Source: Macrostomum lignano (Eukaryota). Taken from it: 64,000 bases of DNA. The notes below the pieces were generated by a model, which was not told where the DNA came from, made no database searches, and saw only the letters and a list, made by a program, of their open reading frames with translations. The stretch spans positions 1 to 64,000 of the forward strand of contig NIVC01003001.1 in the NCBI GenBank assembly GCA_002269645.1, read 5' to 3'. The position numbers and the translations under genes were made by a program. This document shows, piece after piece, positions 48,552 through 60,051 of the stretch; position 1 is the stretch's first letter; every line of letters begins with the position of its first letter.

Positions 48552-49451
48552 GGGTGTTCCTGTCGCTTGGTAGATGTCCCTGTCTCTTGGTGGGGCCCCT
48601 GTCTCTTGGTGGACGCCCCTGTCTCTTGGTGGGCGCCCCTGTTTCTTGGTGGGTGTCCCTGTCTCTTGGTGGGTGTCCCTGTCTCTTGGTGAACGCCCTG
48701 TCTCTTGGTGAGGCCCTGTCTCTTGGTGGGTGCCCTGTCTCTTGGTGGGCCCCTGTCTCTTGGGGGCCCCCTGCCTCTGGGCGCCCCGGTGCGTGTGGGT
48801 GTCCCTGTCTCTTGTGGACGCCCTGTCTCTTGGTGGCCCCTGTCTCTTGGTGGGTGTCCCTGTCTCTTGGTGGGCGTCCCTGTCTCTTGTTGGGCGCCCC
48901 TGTCTCTTGGTGGGTGTCCCTGTCTCTTGGTGGGTGTCCCTGTCTCTTGGGTGGCGTCCCTGTCTCTTGTGGGTGTCCCTGTCTCTTGTGGGTGTCCCTG
49001 TCTCTTGGTGGGTGTCCCTGTCTCTTGGTGGGTGTCCCTGTCTCTTGGTGGGTGTCCCTGTCTCTTGGTGGACGCCCCTGTCTCTTGGTGGACGCCCTGT
49101 CTCTTGGTGGTGTCCCTGTCTCTTGGTGGGGCCCCTGTCTCTTGGTGGACGCCTGTCTCTTGGTGGTGTCCCTTTCTCTTGGTGGGGCCCTGTCTCTTGG
49201 TGGGTGTCCCTGTCTCTTTGGGGCCCCTGTCTCTTGGTGGGTGTCCCTGTCTCTTGGTGGTGTCCCTGTCTCTTGGTTGGTGTCCCTGTCTCTTGGTGGG
49301 CGTCCCTGTCTCTTGGTGGGTGTCCCTGTCTCTTGGTTGGTGTCCCTGTCTCTTGGTGGGTATCCCTGTCTCTTGGTTGGTGTCCCTGTCTCTTGGTTGG
49401 TGTCCCTGTCTCTTGGTTGGTGTCCCTGTCTCTCGTTTGTGTCCCTGTCTA
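48552..49451. repeat. 20-bp minisatellite (GTGTCCCTGTCTCTTGGTGG)n
   Basis: About 900 bp of tandem units with indel variants; the source of the RDRDTHQETG and LLVG ORFs. Confidence 0.95.
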
Positions 49452-50058
49452 AGAGAATAAGAGAACAATCTACGAGCTTTTTGGCATAAGTCAATTTTAC
49501 GATATCGTAAATCTGTGTTTACGACCATTGGAATTATTGCAAACTGGTATACAATCAATACATGCCGACTTCTAAGAGAAAAGATAAAATCTTCACTTTA
49601 TAATGGGATCAGAAAAATCTTGAGAACAGTCTTAAACAATTACAAGCGTATTCGCGCTTTTGTAAGCCAAAACATAATTTTGAAAATCGGAGTTGAACAT
49701 CGTTTTATAAAATATATGGCGGTTAGAACGAATGTCTGCACAAAAGCCTCTCAATCTTGATCGATGATATCTATAGCTGCATTGAGATATAGCTTTTGAG
49801 TCTCGATCGAAGTCAAAATTTATGTTTGAAGCTCGGGTCATATCTCAGCTTGCAAATCAAGAAGTCTTGGACTGAAATTCAGCCCTGATTTACTTAGCCA
49901 AAAAATAGGAAAACGTCTTTATAAGCCTCTCTCTGGTGCTTGCTGATAAAAGCAATCAAAATATTTCTATGAATAGGTCTACAACTACAGGAAAAGTATA
50001 AATTAGGTTGAGTTAATTTAGGATAAAATTGGTAAACAAATGGTGGCGAATAATCCGC

Positions 50059-50561
50059 TGATGACATTGAAAATTCGGTTATATAGGGGGTAATGTTGTA
50101 AATGGAAGTCAGGTGCTAAGTACAATTTACTCGTACAAATACCAGTGTTATAATTAGGACAACCTCTAAAGTCTAATTCAGAGATCGAAGAATGTCGCTT
50201 GTACAGAATATCGCTTTTTGCAGCCTATTTGGGTCTATGCGCATTGAATTTAATCCAAGATACGTTTGCCAATGTAACGCCAATCAATTTGCCGCTGTGC
50301 CAGCCTTGCTACCATAGACAAAAGCTCCGTTACATTGGCAAACGTATCTTGGATTAAATTCAATGCGCGTAGACCCAAATGGGCTGCAAAAAGCGATATT
50401 CTGTACAAGCGACATTCTTCGATGTCTGCTTTAGAGGTTGTCCTAACTTTAACACTGGTATTTTTAGCCTTGAGACAGAATCTAAAGTATCTTTAAATTG
50501 TGCTTAGCACCTGACTTCCATTTAGGTTACCCCCTATATAACCGAATGTTCACTGTCATCA
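50059..50561. mobile_element. ~500-bp palindromic (hairpin) MITE-like element
   Basis: Arms 50059-50279 and 50328-50561 are reverse complements, e.g. GAAGAATGTCGCTTGTACAGAATATCGCTTTTTGCAGCC versus GGCTGCAAAAAGCGATATTCTGTACAAGCGACATTCTTC. The loop is 48 nt. Confidence 0.85.
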
Positions 50562-51016
50562 CTGTCAAATTGGCTGCAGAAAGCTATATTAAACAAGAAA
50601 TTTTTCACTGCTGTTACCACTGATCTACTCCATACAAATCCATCAATAGAGGTTGGGTCACCGAGTCCAAAAAACAAACGCTAAGCTTACCAAGTACGAT
50701 ACAAGAACGCGGAGGCAGCTACAAATGCCGAAGCACTTTTCGGACGAGTAGAAACGAGTTCGGGAAAATCGAAACGGGTGATCCAGCTTTTGATCTCGTA
50801 CTAAAAGCCCGATGTAATTCTGATTGATTATCGCATGCGATGGAACGAAGCGACTTTGATAAAGGGTCCGTATATTATGTCAAGGAGCTTTTAGCGTCTG
50901 CAATACATGCCCAGCTACTAGTATGCCAAGCCAATTTAGTTGTACTTGAGCGCTAAACGCAAATCATTTACGACGCGAAGCAACCCAACGTCACTTACCA
51001 AAGAAGACTAGTCCAA

Positions 51017-51551
51017 TGTAAAAATCGAGACTGTTTAAATAGGCCTAGCAACTTCTGGCTAAAAAAGATGCAGTTCAAGGCGTGCAAGCCTTTATTTAAC
51101 AGAGTTAGGAGAGCTTTTATAATTTGGTAGAGGGTGTCAATCGAATAGCAGCAGAGATGGGCGAAGTCAGAAACCGCAACGCCGCTAATGGTATGAAATG
51201 GGGCAGGCCAGTGCGGAGTTGAAGAATAAAGCAGTCACCGGGCTTCTATAGGGCAGGGCAGGGTAGCCTCTCTGTGCCAGGAAATTTTTTAGAGGGAAAG
51301 CTGGCGAAGGTCGGTATTCGGGAAGTAGACCTCCCACTGGCCAAGGGAAGCAATTTTATACTGGCAGGGGAGCCGGCTAGCGCGAGACTCGCCGCGAATG
51401 GTACAACGCTGCAGGAGGGAGGGCGAGGAACCGTTGGCGCGGAAAGGCGGAACCTGGCGCGGCCATATGCATGCTTTTAAAATAATGGTCTCCGCGCGTT
51501 CATGCGCGCTTCCGGCTTGTTGAAATGAACAATTACTAGAAATTATCTACA
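51017..51551 (-). mobile_element. Possible solo LTR
   Basis: TGTA..TACA ends, with TATAAAA and a downstream AATAAA on the minus strand. The flanking 4-mers do not match (CCAA vs TTAA). Confidence 0.3.
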
Positions 51552-51686
51552 TTAAATGTCTTTCCATGTCTGCTAAAAAGTAAATAGGAAAGTAATCGCG
51601 ATCATAGCGAATTCGTCTTGATATTAACTTAATTATTTTTGCAAAGACATACCAACATTTTCTTGTTTAACACCCTTATTAAATTA

Positions 51687-52013
51687 GGGGTTTGTAAGAC
51701 TCGAGTGGTTAGAGCGTCAGACTCACGACTGAAAGGTCGGGGGTTCGAACCTTGACTTACTCGGAACAATTTGTGTCCTTGAGCAAGGCAATTAACTTTA
51801 CATTGTTTCAGCTCGATCAATTCAGCTGTAATTCTGTAAAATGGGTGCCAGCATTAGCTGGGGTAATTGAGGGTGTGTGTGGCGACCCTCCCCCTCAGTC
51901 CATGGACTGAACAGCCGTACGTTGCAGACTTCAGATGCGCGGCGCAATAGCTGCGGCTGAGTTTTCGGCTGCACATCTGCCCATTAGGGCAGGTGCAATC
52001 AATTATTATTATT
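51687..52013 (+). mobile_element. tRNA-derived SINE with Meta-domain-like body
   Basis: A box AGTGGTTAGAGC, B box GGTTCGAACC, central TTGTGTCCTTGAGCAAGGCAATTAAC...AAATGGGTGCCAGC and an (ATT)n tail. A second copy lies at 13672-13900. Confidence 0.8.
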
Positions 52014-53059
52014 TATGTTTGACGAGTAACTCAAGTAATGCAATAAGTAAGTAATGCGTTGATTAACGAGTAACTTAAGTAGCTGGTCAATGAGTATACG
52101 CGGAAAGTAACTGAAGTTAACCATGAAACTCAAATAACTCAAATTCTGAATCGATCGATTAGGATCTGAAGAATCATGCGCATGCGCACTTCATTAAGAA
52201 TAGCCAACACTAAAGCTAATATTTGAAGCAATCTAAAACACAGCAAACACCCCGATGTGTTGCATTCCAGAGCACACGCGTGCTGCAAAAACAATTAAAT
52301 CGGTCAGTGTACGTACTGATATCGAACTGCCCTCGTACATGATAAAAATTTTATTGCCTTTATTTAAGTTACATGTACTTTGCCTTCATATGTTACACCC
52401 GCAACAGTGTTATGCAAGGCCGCATCTGCTAAAAAGGCCTTATGTTTTCACTCATTCTATAAGCGCCTTCTTACCCTGTCATGCATGAATTATTTCGCTA
52501 ATCAATCGAGACTCCACAGTTGGAAAAGTTTAGAAATTACAAATAGTAGAGCTTAGAGCTTGGTGCAGCCAAGTTGAGAAAATTTTATTTGAAGTTTTTC
52601 GCCCAACACCAATGATTAAATGCACTGCGCCTTCAAATGCACTTATATTTGAGAGGAAATTAACTTGCGATGCAGTCAAAACAAAGTTTGCAGAATAGTT
52701 AGCGCTCTGTTTTGCTGAACCCAGCTGTTGTTCGGCATGAACTTCTGACGAATAGCTGAACTGGGACTGTTTGTTACAGCAAGTGCTAATTAAACATGAC
52801 CGTCTATCATAAATTAGGCAAAAGTGCGCCTCATAGGCACACGATACGCCATGTACATTTTTCAACTCATGCATGAATTATACTGATACATACGCTCGTA
52901 GTAGTAGCACCATCAATACACAAGCCAATCTCACGTCATGTGATCTCGCATGGTTCAAGCAGTGCTGAATTTGATAAGTGACCATGCTATAGGGAGTGTA
53001 CATGTATGTTGTTTCCCTCTTGTTTTGTTTATTGTGGACGCTAACGGCTGAGAACTCGT

Positions 53060-53210
53060 TTTTGGAATAAATACGTTTTTTAGTCTATGGCCAAGCCGAA
53101 GTGGGGAATAAATACGTTTCTGTAGTCTATGGCCAGACCCGATTAGGGAACAAATATGTTTCTGTAGTCTATGGCCAAGGCCCGAGTGGGCAATAAATAC
53201 GTTTCTACAG
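53060..53210. repeat. Three ~42-bp tandem units containing AATACGTTTCTGTAGTCTATGGCC
   Basis: Direct repeats abutting the LINE fragment. Confidence 0.75.
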
Positions 53211-53214
53211 TCTA

Positions 53215-54530
53215 GATCTCTACAGCCGTAGAGGCCGTAGAGGAAGATGGACTCGACCGCAGCTCGGAAGATGCACAGTTTGAGCTGGTCGTCCATCGAT
53301 TAGGTGAAGGCAGGGCTGAGCTGGCCAGCTGCCCTCCAGGATTGTCCACGCCGGTCCGCAATAATTTCATCTGGAGGGGCAACAAGGTCGAGCCGAGGTA
53401 GCGGAACTCCCGCGGCACTCTACAATGGTGTCGCCGCTGTAGGGAAGATCAGAGCAGAGGCGTCCGTGATGCCGATGTGTAGGACCTAGGTTTTTTGGCG
53501 CTGATTCTCAAGCCTACTCGCTCGCCTTCTTGACAGAGGCGGAATTGAGTGTGCGCTGTGCGCGGCTTCCGGGTCTCGGCAGGAGAGGGCGATGTCGTCC
53601 GCATGAATCAGGAGGGCAGCGATCGTGACACCGGGAAAACGTCGGCTCCTGCGGCGTGCGACGACAAAACCGTCTTCTTTCTCGAGCACGCGGCGGAGGA
53701 CGTACAATCGAGCACAACGATGAAGATGGAAGGGGCGAGGGTGTCCCCTTGCAGGACGCCAGAGCTGGTGGAGAAGTCATCTGTGCGATCTTCGCAGAGC
53801 TGGAAAAAAGCTTTGATGTTACTATATATAGGTCCATCACCGCGCAGAAAGGGGCTCGAGTAACTCCGTAAGCGGCAAGAATAAGGGGGATGACGGCGTT
53901 CGATGGTGTCAAAAGCTAATTAATGAAATCAACAAAGATAATGCTGACATCATGTGTCTCAGCCTGCATGTTTCGACAATCCACTGGACGGTTGCGATTT
54001 GCTAGGTGATAGACTGGCCCGGCCGAAATCCGCTCTGAACGGCGATGACACACACGAGCCGGTTTCTCAGAATCGAGTTGAGCAGTTTAGGAAGTGTGCA
54101 CTCGAGCGCAATTCCTCTCTGGTTGTTCAGGTCGGTCGAGGTGCCCTTCTTCGGGATTAACACAATTTTTTTAGGTGCGCCAGGTCTGCGGGGCCTGGAT
54201 GGAAAGGTCACCTCCGATTGGCGAGTTGATGTTAAGTAGAGCCGTGACGATGCCAGTCAGTTCAGGGCCCAGGCAGCTTGAGCACCCTGGGAGGGATGCC
54301 ATTGAGGCCCGGCGGCAGCAGTATCAGGCTTCATCAGCTGTCAAGGGCGTAGCGAACTTCACTCACAGTGATGGGTCCAAATCGAAGTCACTCTCATTCG
54401 CGGGTTGAGACCCGGGATAGGGAGGAGGATCTGAACCGCAGGTGGCGGTGCGTTAAGGACACGGCTGTAATGCTCCACCAGCTTTTGCTTCCTGTCCTCC
54501 ATAGAATCAGCCTCAAGCTGGAGAGCATGT
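53215..54530 (-). mobile_element. Decayed non-LTR retrotransposon (RTE-like) reverse-transcriptase region
   Basis: Minus-strand pieces LIPKKGTSTDLNNQRGIALECTLPKLLNSILRNRL, QSGFRPG, HADDIALSCRD, EFRYLGS and FRAAVESIFLYG appear in canonical RT order, broken by multiple frameshifts. Confidence 0.85.
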
Positions 54531-56573
54531 TCTACTTCTACAGCAGATCTATACTGTAGTCAGTCAAAACGTCGCGTCCTTACACAACCCTATAAGCACG
54601 CACGCACAAAATAGTGCATCGCAGTCTATAGCATGCTTATGGAAACAAAACAAATCTACGAGTATTTAAAAAGAATGCCATTTAAGTGAAATGTGGGTTG
54701 CAACAAGAAGTTGAACTGGACGCACCAGGCACGCATTTTTGTCTTAAGAAATGCTTAGGAATCACTGACCTTAGTGCTACGGTCGTACAGTCGTATGCAC
54801 TTGTCCAAGTCTAAGTCTCGACAAAAACTTAAATAAGCAAACTACAATATACAACAATATGTACATGTACAGTCTGTTTGAAATCTACATGTACATTTGC
54901 AACATTACAGTATGGTTGTGGTAGATTTTAACTAATAAGTGTATGCAAATTCGCAAACTGTATTCCTTGGCTTATGGAAGACGGTTTTTTGTTAAATTAC
55001 ATGCAGTTAGTTCAAGTCATTTAATAATAAGTATAGCTTTTTTCGCGCTATCTGGAAAAGAGGGGGCCATGCAAAACGGAACGGCCCATAGAGTTCTATG
55101 GCCAAGCCTTTGAATTTACTCTAGAAAGCAAGCCGTATGGAATGATAAACCAGAATGGAATTAACGTTTTGATCTTTTCACAGAGATAACAGAGACAAAG
55201 ACTTTACGTTACGGTTTGCATGGCAATTTCTTCGGAGTGAAGGCCTAAGGCACTTAGACGGAATACTCAAGCGATGGGAAAAGTGTGTTGCTACAGGCGG
55301 AGACTATGCTGAGAAGGCTGCCTTGAAGGTTGATGATGTATGACCAAAATTCGTTTCTTTGAGGACAAAACTGTTGTGTCGTGTAACCTGACAGACCAAC
55401 TTAATGATAGATAATATTTTAAGAATGTTTCTACTATAACGTAAATGCTACCTATATTATTATTATTGCCTATTACTTATACTGCCACTTTAAGTAGAGT
55501 AGTTGATAAATTATCTGTATAATATAGTATTAATCACGTGATATCTCTAGCTCTTGAATTTATCGATCGTGGTTTTTCTTAAATATAGAAAATATACATA
55601 AAGCAACTGTGCGCACCTAGCACTTTACCTTTTCAACTCAACTGAAAAACTTCAAGCCTTGGCTACACAACAAAAAACATCGCTTTTTATATTTTTTTAA
55701 AACTTTTTCTGTAAGACTATCAGTGGCATTGCGGTTTTTCACACAAATTTTGAATGAAATGACCCAAATACACGCGACTGAATTCATTGTAAAGAAGAGA
55801 TGTACCGCTAATTAAAATGACACCAAAGATATGCTTGCAGCTGCTACTGTTTTTGCTCTGGGATTAAAAGTGTCAGAACTTTCCGGACATCCCTCGTACA
55901 TGTATGATCTTTGGCATGCCCTCTGTTTCACACAGCACCACAAAAGCTATAGTTATGATAGTTAAGTTTAGAACTCATTGAATTTTTCCCTGCTTATCCA
56001 AACCAAAATAAATTGAAAAGTCTTTTCAAAAAATGACCTGACTTGACTTGATAGTATTGATACATTTTAAAATTTATTACACAAAATTTAATTTATGCTG
56101 GCAGGGCTTAACTGGTCAAACAACTTGCATGGATAGAACACACCAATTGCTTAGTTGCTGTTTAAATTTCTTATTAAAAGATTTATTCAGAAGCATCAAA
56201 TATACAGTATACTTTTGGATACATCTAAGAAAGAAGTTGCATTTATCGCATAACCAAAATAAAGAAACCCGAACAGTGAGTTGGGTCTGAACGAAAGGGG
56301 ATTATTAAAATGCAGGCAAGAGCTATCGCACAAGGCAGCTTGATATTTTTGCACAAATACTGATAGCACTAGGACAGGGGAAACTCTGGCTGTAGTTAAT
56401 GAACAGACTGTTTAATGCAAAGCGAGCAGATATATACAGGCTCTAAAAATCTTACTGCTGTTAAAGGCCCTGTGTGTACTTGACGATACACAAGAATCTG
56501 AATAATACGCATCGAAATACAGCATGTACTAGTCGAATTAATGCCAGATGTCAAGGCATGACCAAAGGCACTG

Positions 56574-59500
56574 TTAAGCGTCTAGTTGACATACGCTATA
56601 GACGGATGTCTTTCTCTCATAGACGGACGCCCAGAGCAGTCGCCGCTTATCGTTTCCATGGCAACTGGCTGGCGCAAATCCGTGACGTTTCAACAGGAAC
56701 GAGCGCAGCGACGCCTGCAGGTCTGAGCAGACGGCTCGGACAAGCCGCATCCGGCCGCTCGGCACGGCGTGTCGCAGGGCGGCGCGAAGCAGCGCCGAGC
56801 CGACGCCTCGACGCCGGAGCGACCGCATGACAACCAGGTGGGTGAGCTCCAGGACTGGCGGCTGCTGCTGCTGCTGGCTGTCGGCGTCAACTGGCGGAGC
56901 AGACGGCGGCGAAGGCAGCTGGCGAAGGGCCAGCACGCCTACAATGTTGCCGTTGCTGCTGAGGGCGGCCACCCACAGCCGGCTGTCGGAGAGACTGGCG
57001 GCGCGCAGCAGGCTCAGGCAGGAGGAGGCTGTCAAATATACAAATATATTTGCTTAGAACTCATTTATCGCTACATATCGGGGACTGAAGTTGCAACTAT
57101 GGGAAGGTCAATGGCTTTAATTACTGCGGTAAGTGCAACGCGATACTGTAAGTTAAGAGACTAGCTCAACTAGCTCAACCTCTCCCAGTCTGAAGAATCC
57201 CCTTACTCCCCCTCCATGAGGAACGGCTTCTCCCTCCCTGAATAATCTCCCTCTGTGTCCCTGGACTCGCTCCACCCTGAAGAATCCCCGTGTCCCTGAA
57301 GATCCTCCTCTGTGTCCCTGAATACTCGCCCCTCCCTGAAGATCCTCCTCTGTGTCCCTGAATACTCGCCCCTCCCTGAAGATCCTCCTCTCTGTCCCTG
57401 AAGATCCTCCTCTGTGTCCCTGAAGACTCGCTCGACCCTGAAGATCCTCCTCTCTGCCTCTCTGTCCCTAAAGACTCGCTTCTCCCTGAAGATCCTCCTC
57501 TCCGTCCCTGAAGACTCGCCTCTCCCTGAAGATCCTCCTCTGTGTCCCTGAAGACTCGCTCGACCCTGAAGATCGTCCTCTCTGTCCCTAAAGACTCGCT
57601 TCTCCCTGAAGATCCTCCTCTCCGTCCCTGAAGACTCGCCTCTCCCTGAAGATCCTCCTCTGTGTCCCTGAAGACTCGCTCCACCCTGAAGATCTTCCTC
57701 TGTCCCTGAAGACTCGCTCCTCTCTGAAGAATTCCCCTCTCTGTCCCTGAAAACTCGCCCCTCTCTGTCCCTGAAGACTCGCTCCTCTCTGAAGAATCCT
57801 CCTCTCTGTCCCTGAAGACTCGCTCCTCTCTGTCCCTGAAGACTCGCTCCTCTCTGAAGAATCCTCCTCTCTGTCCCTGAAGAATTCCCCTCTCTGTCCC
57901 TGAAGACTCGCCCCTCTCTGAAGAATTCCCCTCTTTGTCCCTGAAGACTTGCCCCTCCCTGAAGAATTCCCCTCTCTGTCCCTGAAAACTCGCCCCTCTC
58001 TGTCCCTGAAGACTCGCTCCTCTCTGAAGAATCCTCCTCTCTGTCCCTGAAAACTCGCCCCTCTCTGTCCCTGAAGACTCGCTCCTCTCTGAAGAATCCT
58101 CCTCTCTGTCCCTGAAGACTCGCTCCTCTCTGTCCCTGAAGACTCGCTCCTCTCTGAAGAATCCTCCTCTCTGTCCCTGAAGACTCGCCCCTCTGTCCCT
58201 GAAGACTCGCTCCTCTCTGAAGAATCCTCCTCTCTGTCCCTGAAGACTCGCTCCTCTCTGTCCCTGAAGACTCGCTCCTCTCTGAAGAATCCTCCTCTCT
58301 GTCCCTGAAGAATTCCCCTCTCTGTCCCTGAAGACTCGCCCCTCTCTGAAGAATTCCCCTCTTTGTCCCTGAAGACTTGCCCCTCCCTGAAGAATTCCCC
58401 TCTCTGTCCCTGAAGACTCACTCCTCTCTGAAGAATTCCCCTCTCTGTCCCTGAAGACTCGCTCCTCTGAAGAATTCCCCTCTCTGTCCCTGAAGACTCA
58501 CTCCTCTCTGAAGAATTCCCCTCTTTGTCCCTGAAGACTCACTCCTCTCTGAAGAATTCCCCTCTCTGTCCCTGAAGACTCACTCCTCTCTGAAGAATTC
58601 CCCTCTCTGTCCCTGAAGACTCACTCCTCTCTGAAGAATTCCCCTCTCTGTCCCTGAAGACTCACTCCTCTCTGAAGAATTCCCCTCTCTGTCCCTGAAG
58701 ACTCACTCCTCTCTGAAGAATTCCCCTCTCTGTCCCTGAAGACTCGCTCCTCTCTGAAGAATTCCCCTCTCTGTCCCTGAAGACTCGCTCCTCTCTGAAG
58801 AATTCCCCTCTCTGTCCCTGAAAACTCGCCCCTCTCTGTCCCTGAAGACTCGCTCCTCTCTGAAGAATCCTCCTCTCTGTCCCTGAAGACTCGCTCCTCT
58901 CTGTCCCTGAAGACTCGCTCCTCTCTGAAGAATCCTTCTCTCTGTCCCTGAAGACTCGCTCCTCTCTGTCCCTGAAGACTCGCTCCTCTCTGAAGAATCC
59001 TCCTCTCTGTCCCTGAAGAATTCCCCTCTCTGTCCCTGAAGACTCGCCCCTCTCTGAAGAATTCCCCTCTTTGTCCCTGAAGACTTGCCCCTCCCTGAAG
59101 AATTCCCCTCTTTGTCCCTGAAGACTTGCCCCTCCCTGAAGAATTCCCCTCTTTGTCCCTGAAGATTCGCCCCTCCCTGAAGAATCCTTTCTGTTCGTGG
59201 TTCCTTAAGGATGGCCCTAATTTCACTGTCTGAGAGAATATTTCAGTTGACCTATTAAAAAATTTACGCAGTGAAATATACTTTCAACTTCCATGTGTGT
59301 GAGATTCAGTTATTACTGAAAGTAAAAATGCGGTAACTTGACAAATTGAAAAAATAGAAAACTACTAAATCATGCTTCATTTAAATGAATATTTTGGAAT
59401 ACGCCCAGAGCCAGAAAGAAGGAAATTAAGGGTGCCTATTCCGCTCACACAGAACTTGTTTATGTGGCCTGCCATGAACACTTTGTGTGGCTCATTGTAG

Positions 59501-60051
59501 GCCTAAAAAACTAATAGTCAGATATTTGGCCACATTTCTACAGTAAGTAGAGTAAACAAAACATACATGCGCAACGATAATTAGCTGACAAGGCGTTTAG
59601 CTCAAAAAATACAGTCATAGTTACTCCTGCTGTTTACCCACAATAATATTAATTTTTGCTCAGGTTTTTTATATGCAAGTTACACGGCCAGTGTAAATCA
59701 GGAGGTTGCGCATGTATGTTAACAAAAGTTAAAGCAACACTGAGCAGGCAGCTCACTAGGAAGGCAGCCGCTGCCGCTATCGCACAGTCTGGAGCCGCAA
59801 GCGATGCACACTAGCAGCAGCAGCATCAGCACAATCGCTGCCAGTAGTTCCCAGCAGATGCCCAGAGCCAGAGAATTGTGAGACACAGCGCCGCAGGCCA
59901 TCAGACAGGTGAGGCTTAATCGAACCTGGTCAGTGGCCAGCAGGCGGGGAGCAGATTCTAAGAAGCTCCATAGGATGGCCCGCCGCATGAGAGCGACAAC
60001 ACTGACCTGATCGGCGGCCTCATAGGCGCGAATTCGCAGGCGGTGACGCGC
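56574..60051 (-). CDS. NAT8/NAT14 (camello)-like GNAT N-acetyltransferase, 5' exon not located
   Basis: Exon 59757-60051 has LRIRAYEAADQVSVVALM and a hydrophobic segment LGICWELLAAIVLMLLLLVCIAC. It joins in phase 1 to exon 56574-57028, which has LWVAA, IVGVLAL, LELTHLVV and the acetyl-CoA motif RRRGVGSALLRAA, then FLLKRHGF and the stop. Confidence 0.78.
57180..59185. repeat. 2-kb composite minisatellite (40-41-bp units from ~24 + ~17-bp subunits) in the NAT intron
   Basis: Period 41 at 58561 to 58602 (CCTCTCTGTCCCTGAAGACTCACTCCTCTCTGAAGAATTCC), with variant blocks and a pyrimidine-rich plus strand. Confidence 0.95.

Noticed and set aside
48502-49558. 240-349 aa ORFs on both strands
   Set aside because: They are products of the 20-bp minisatellite and contain no domain content.
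56652-56665. Perfect X-box palindrome GTTTCCATGGCAAC
   Set aside because: It lies inside the last coding exon of the NAT gene (within SCHGND), far from any identified start. It is treated as coincidental.
57175-59226. 147-277 aa R/E/G/S-rich ORFs
   Set aside because: They are translations of the intronic composite minisatellite.
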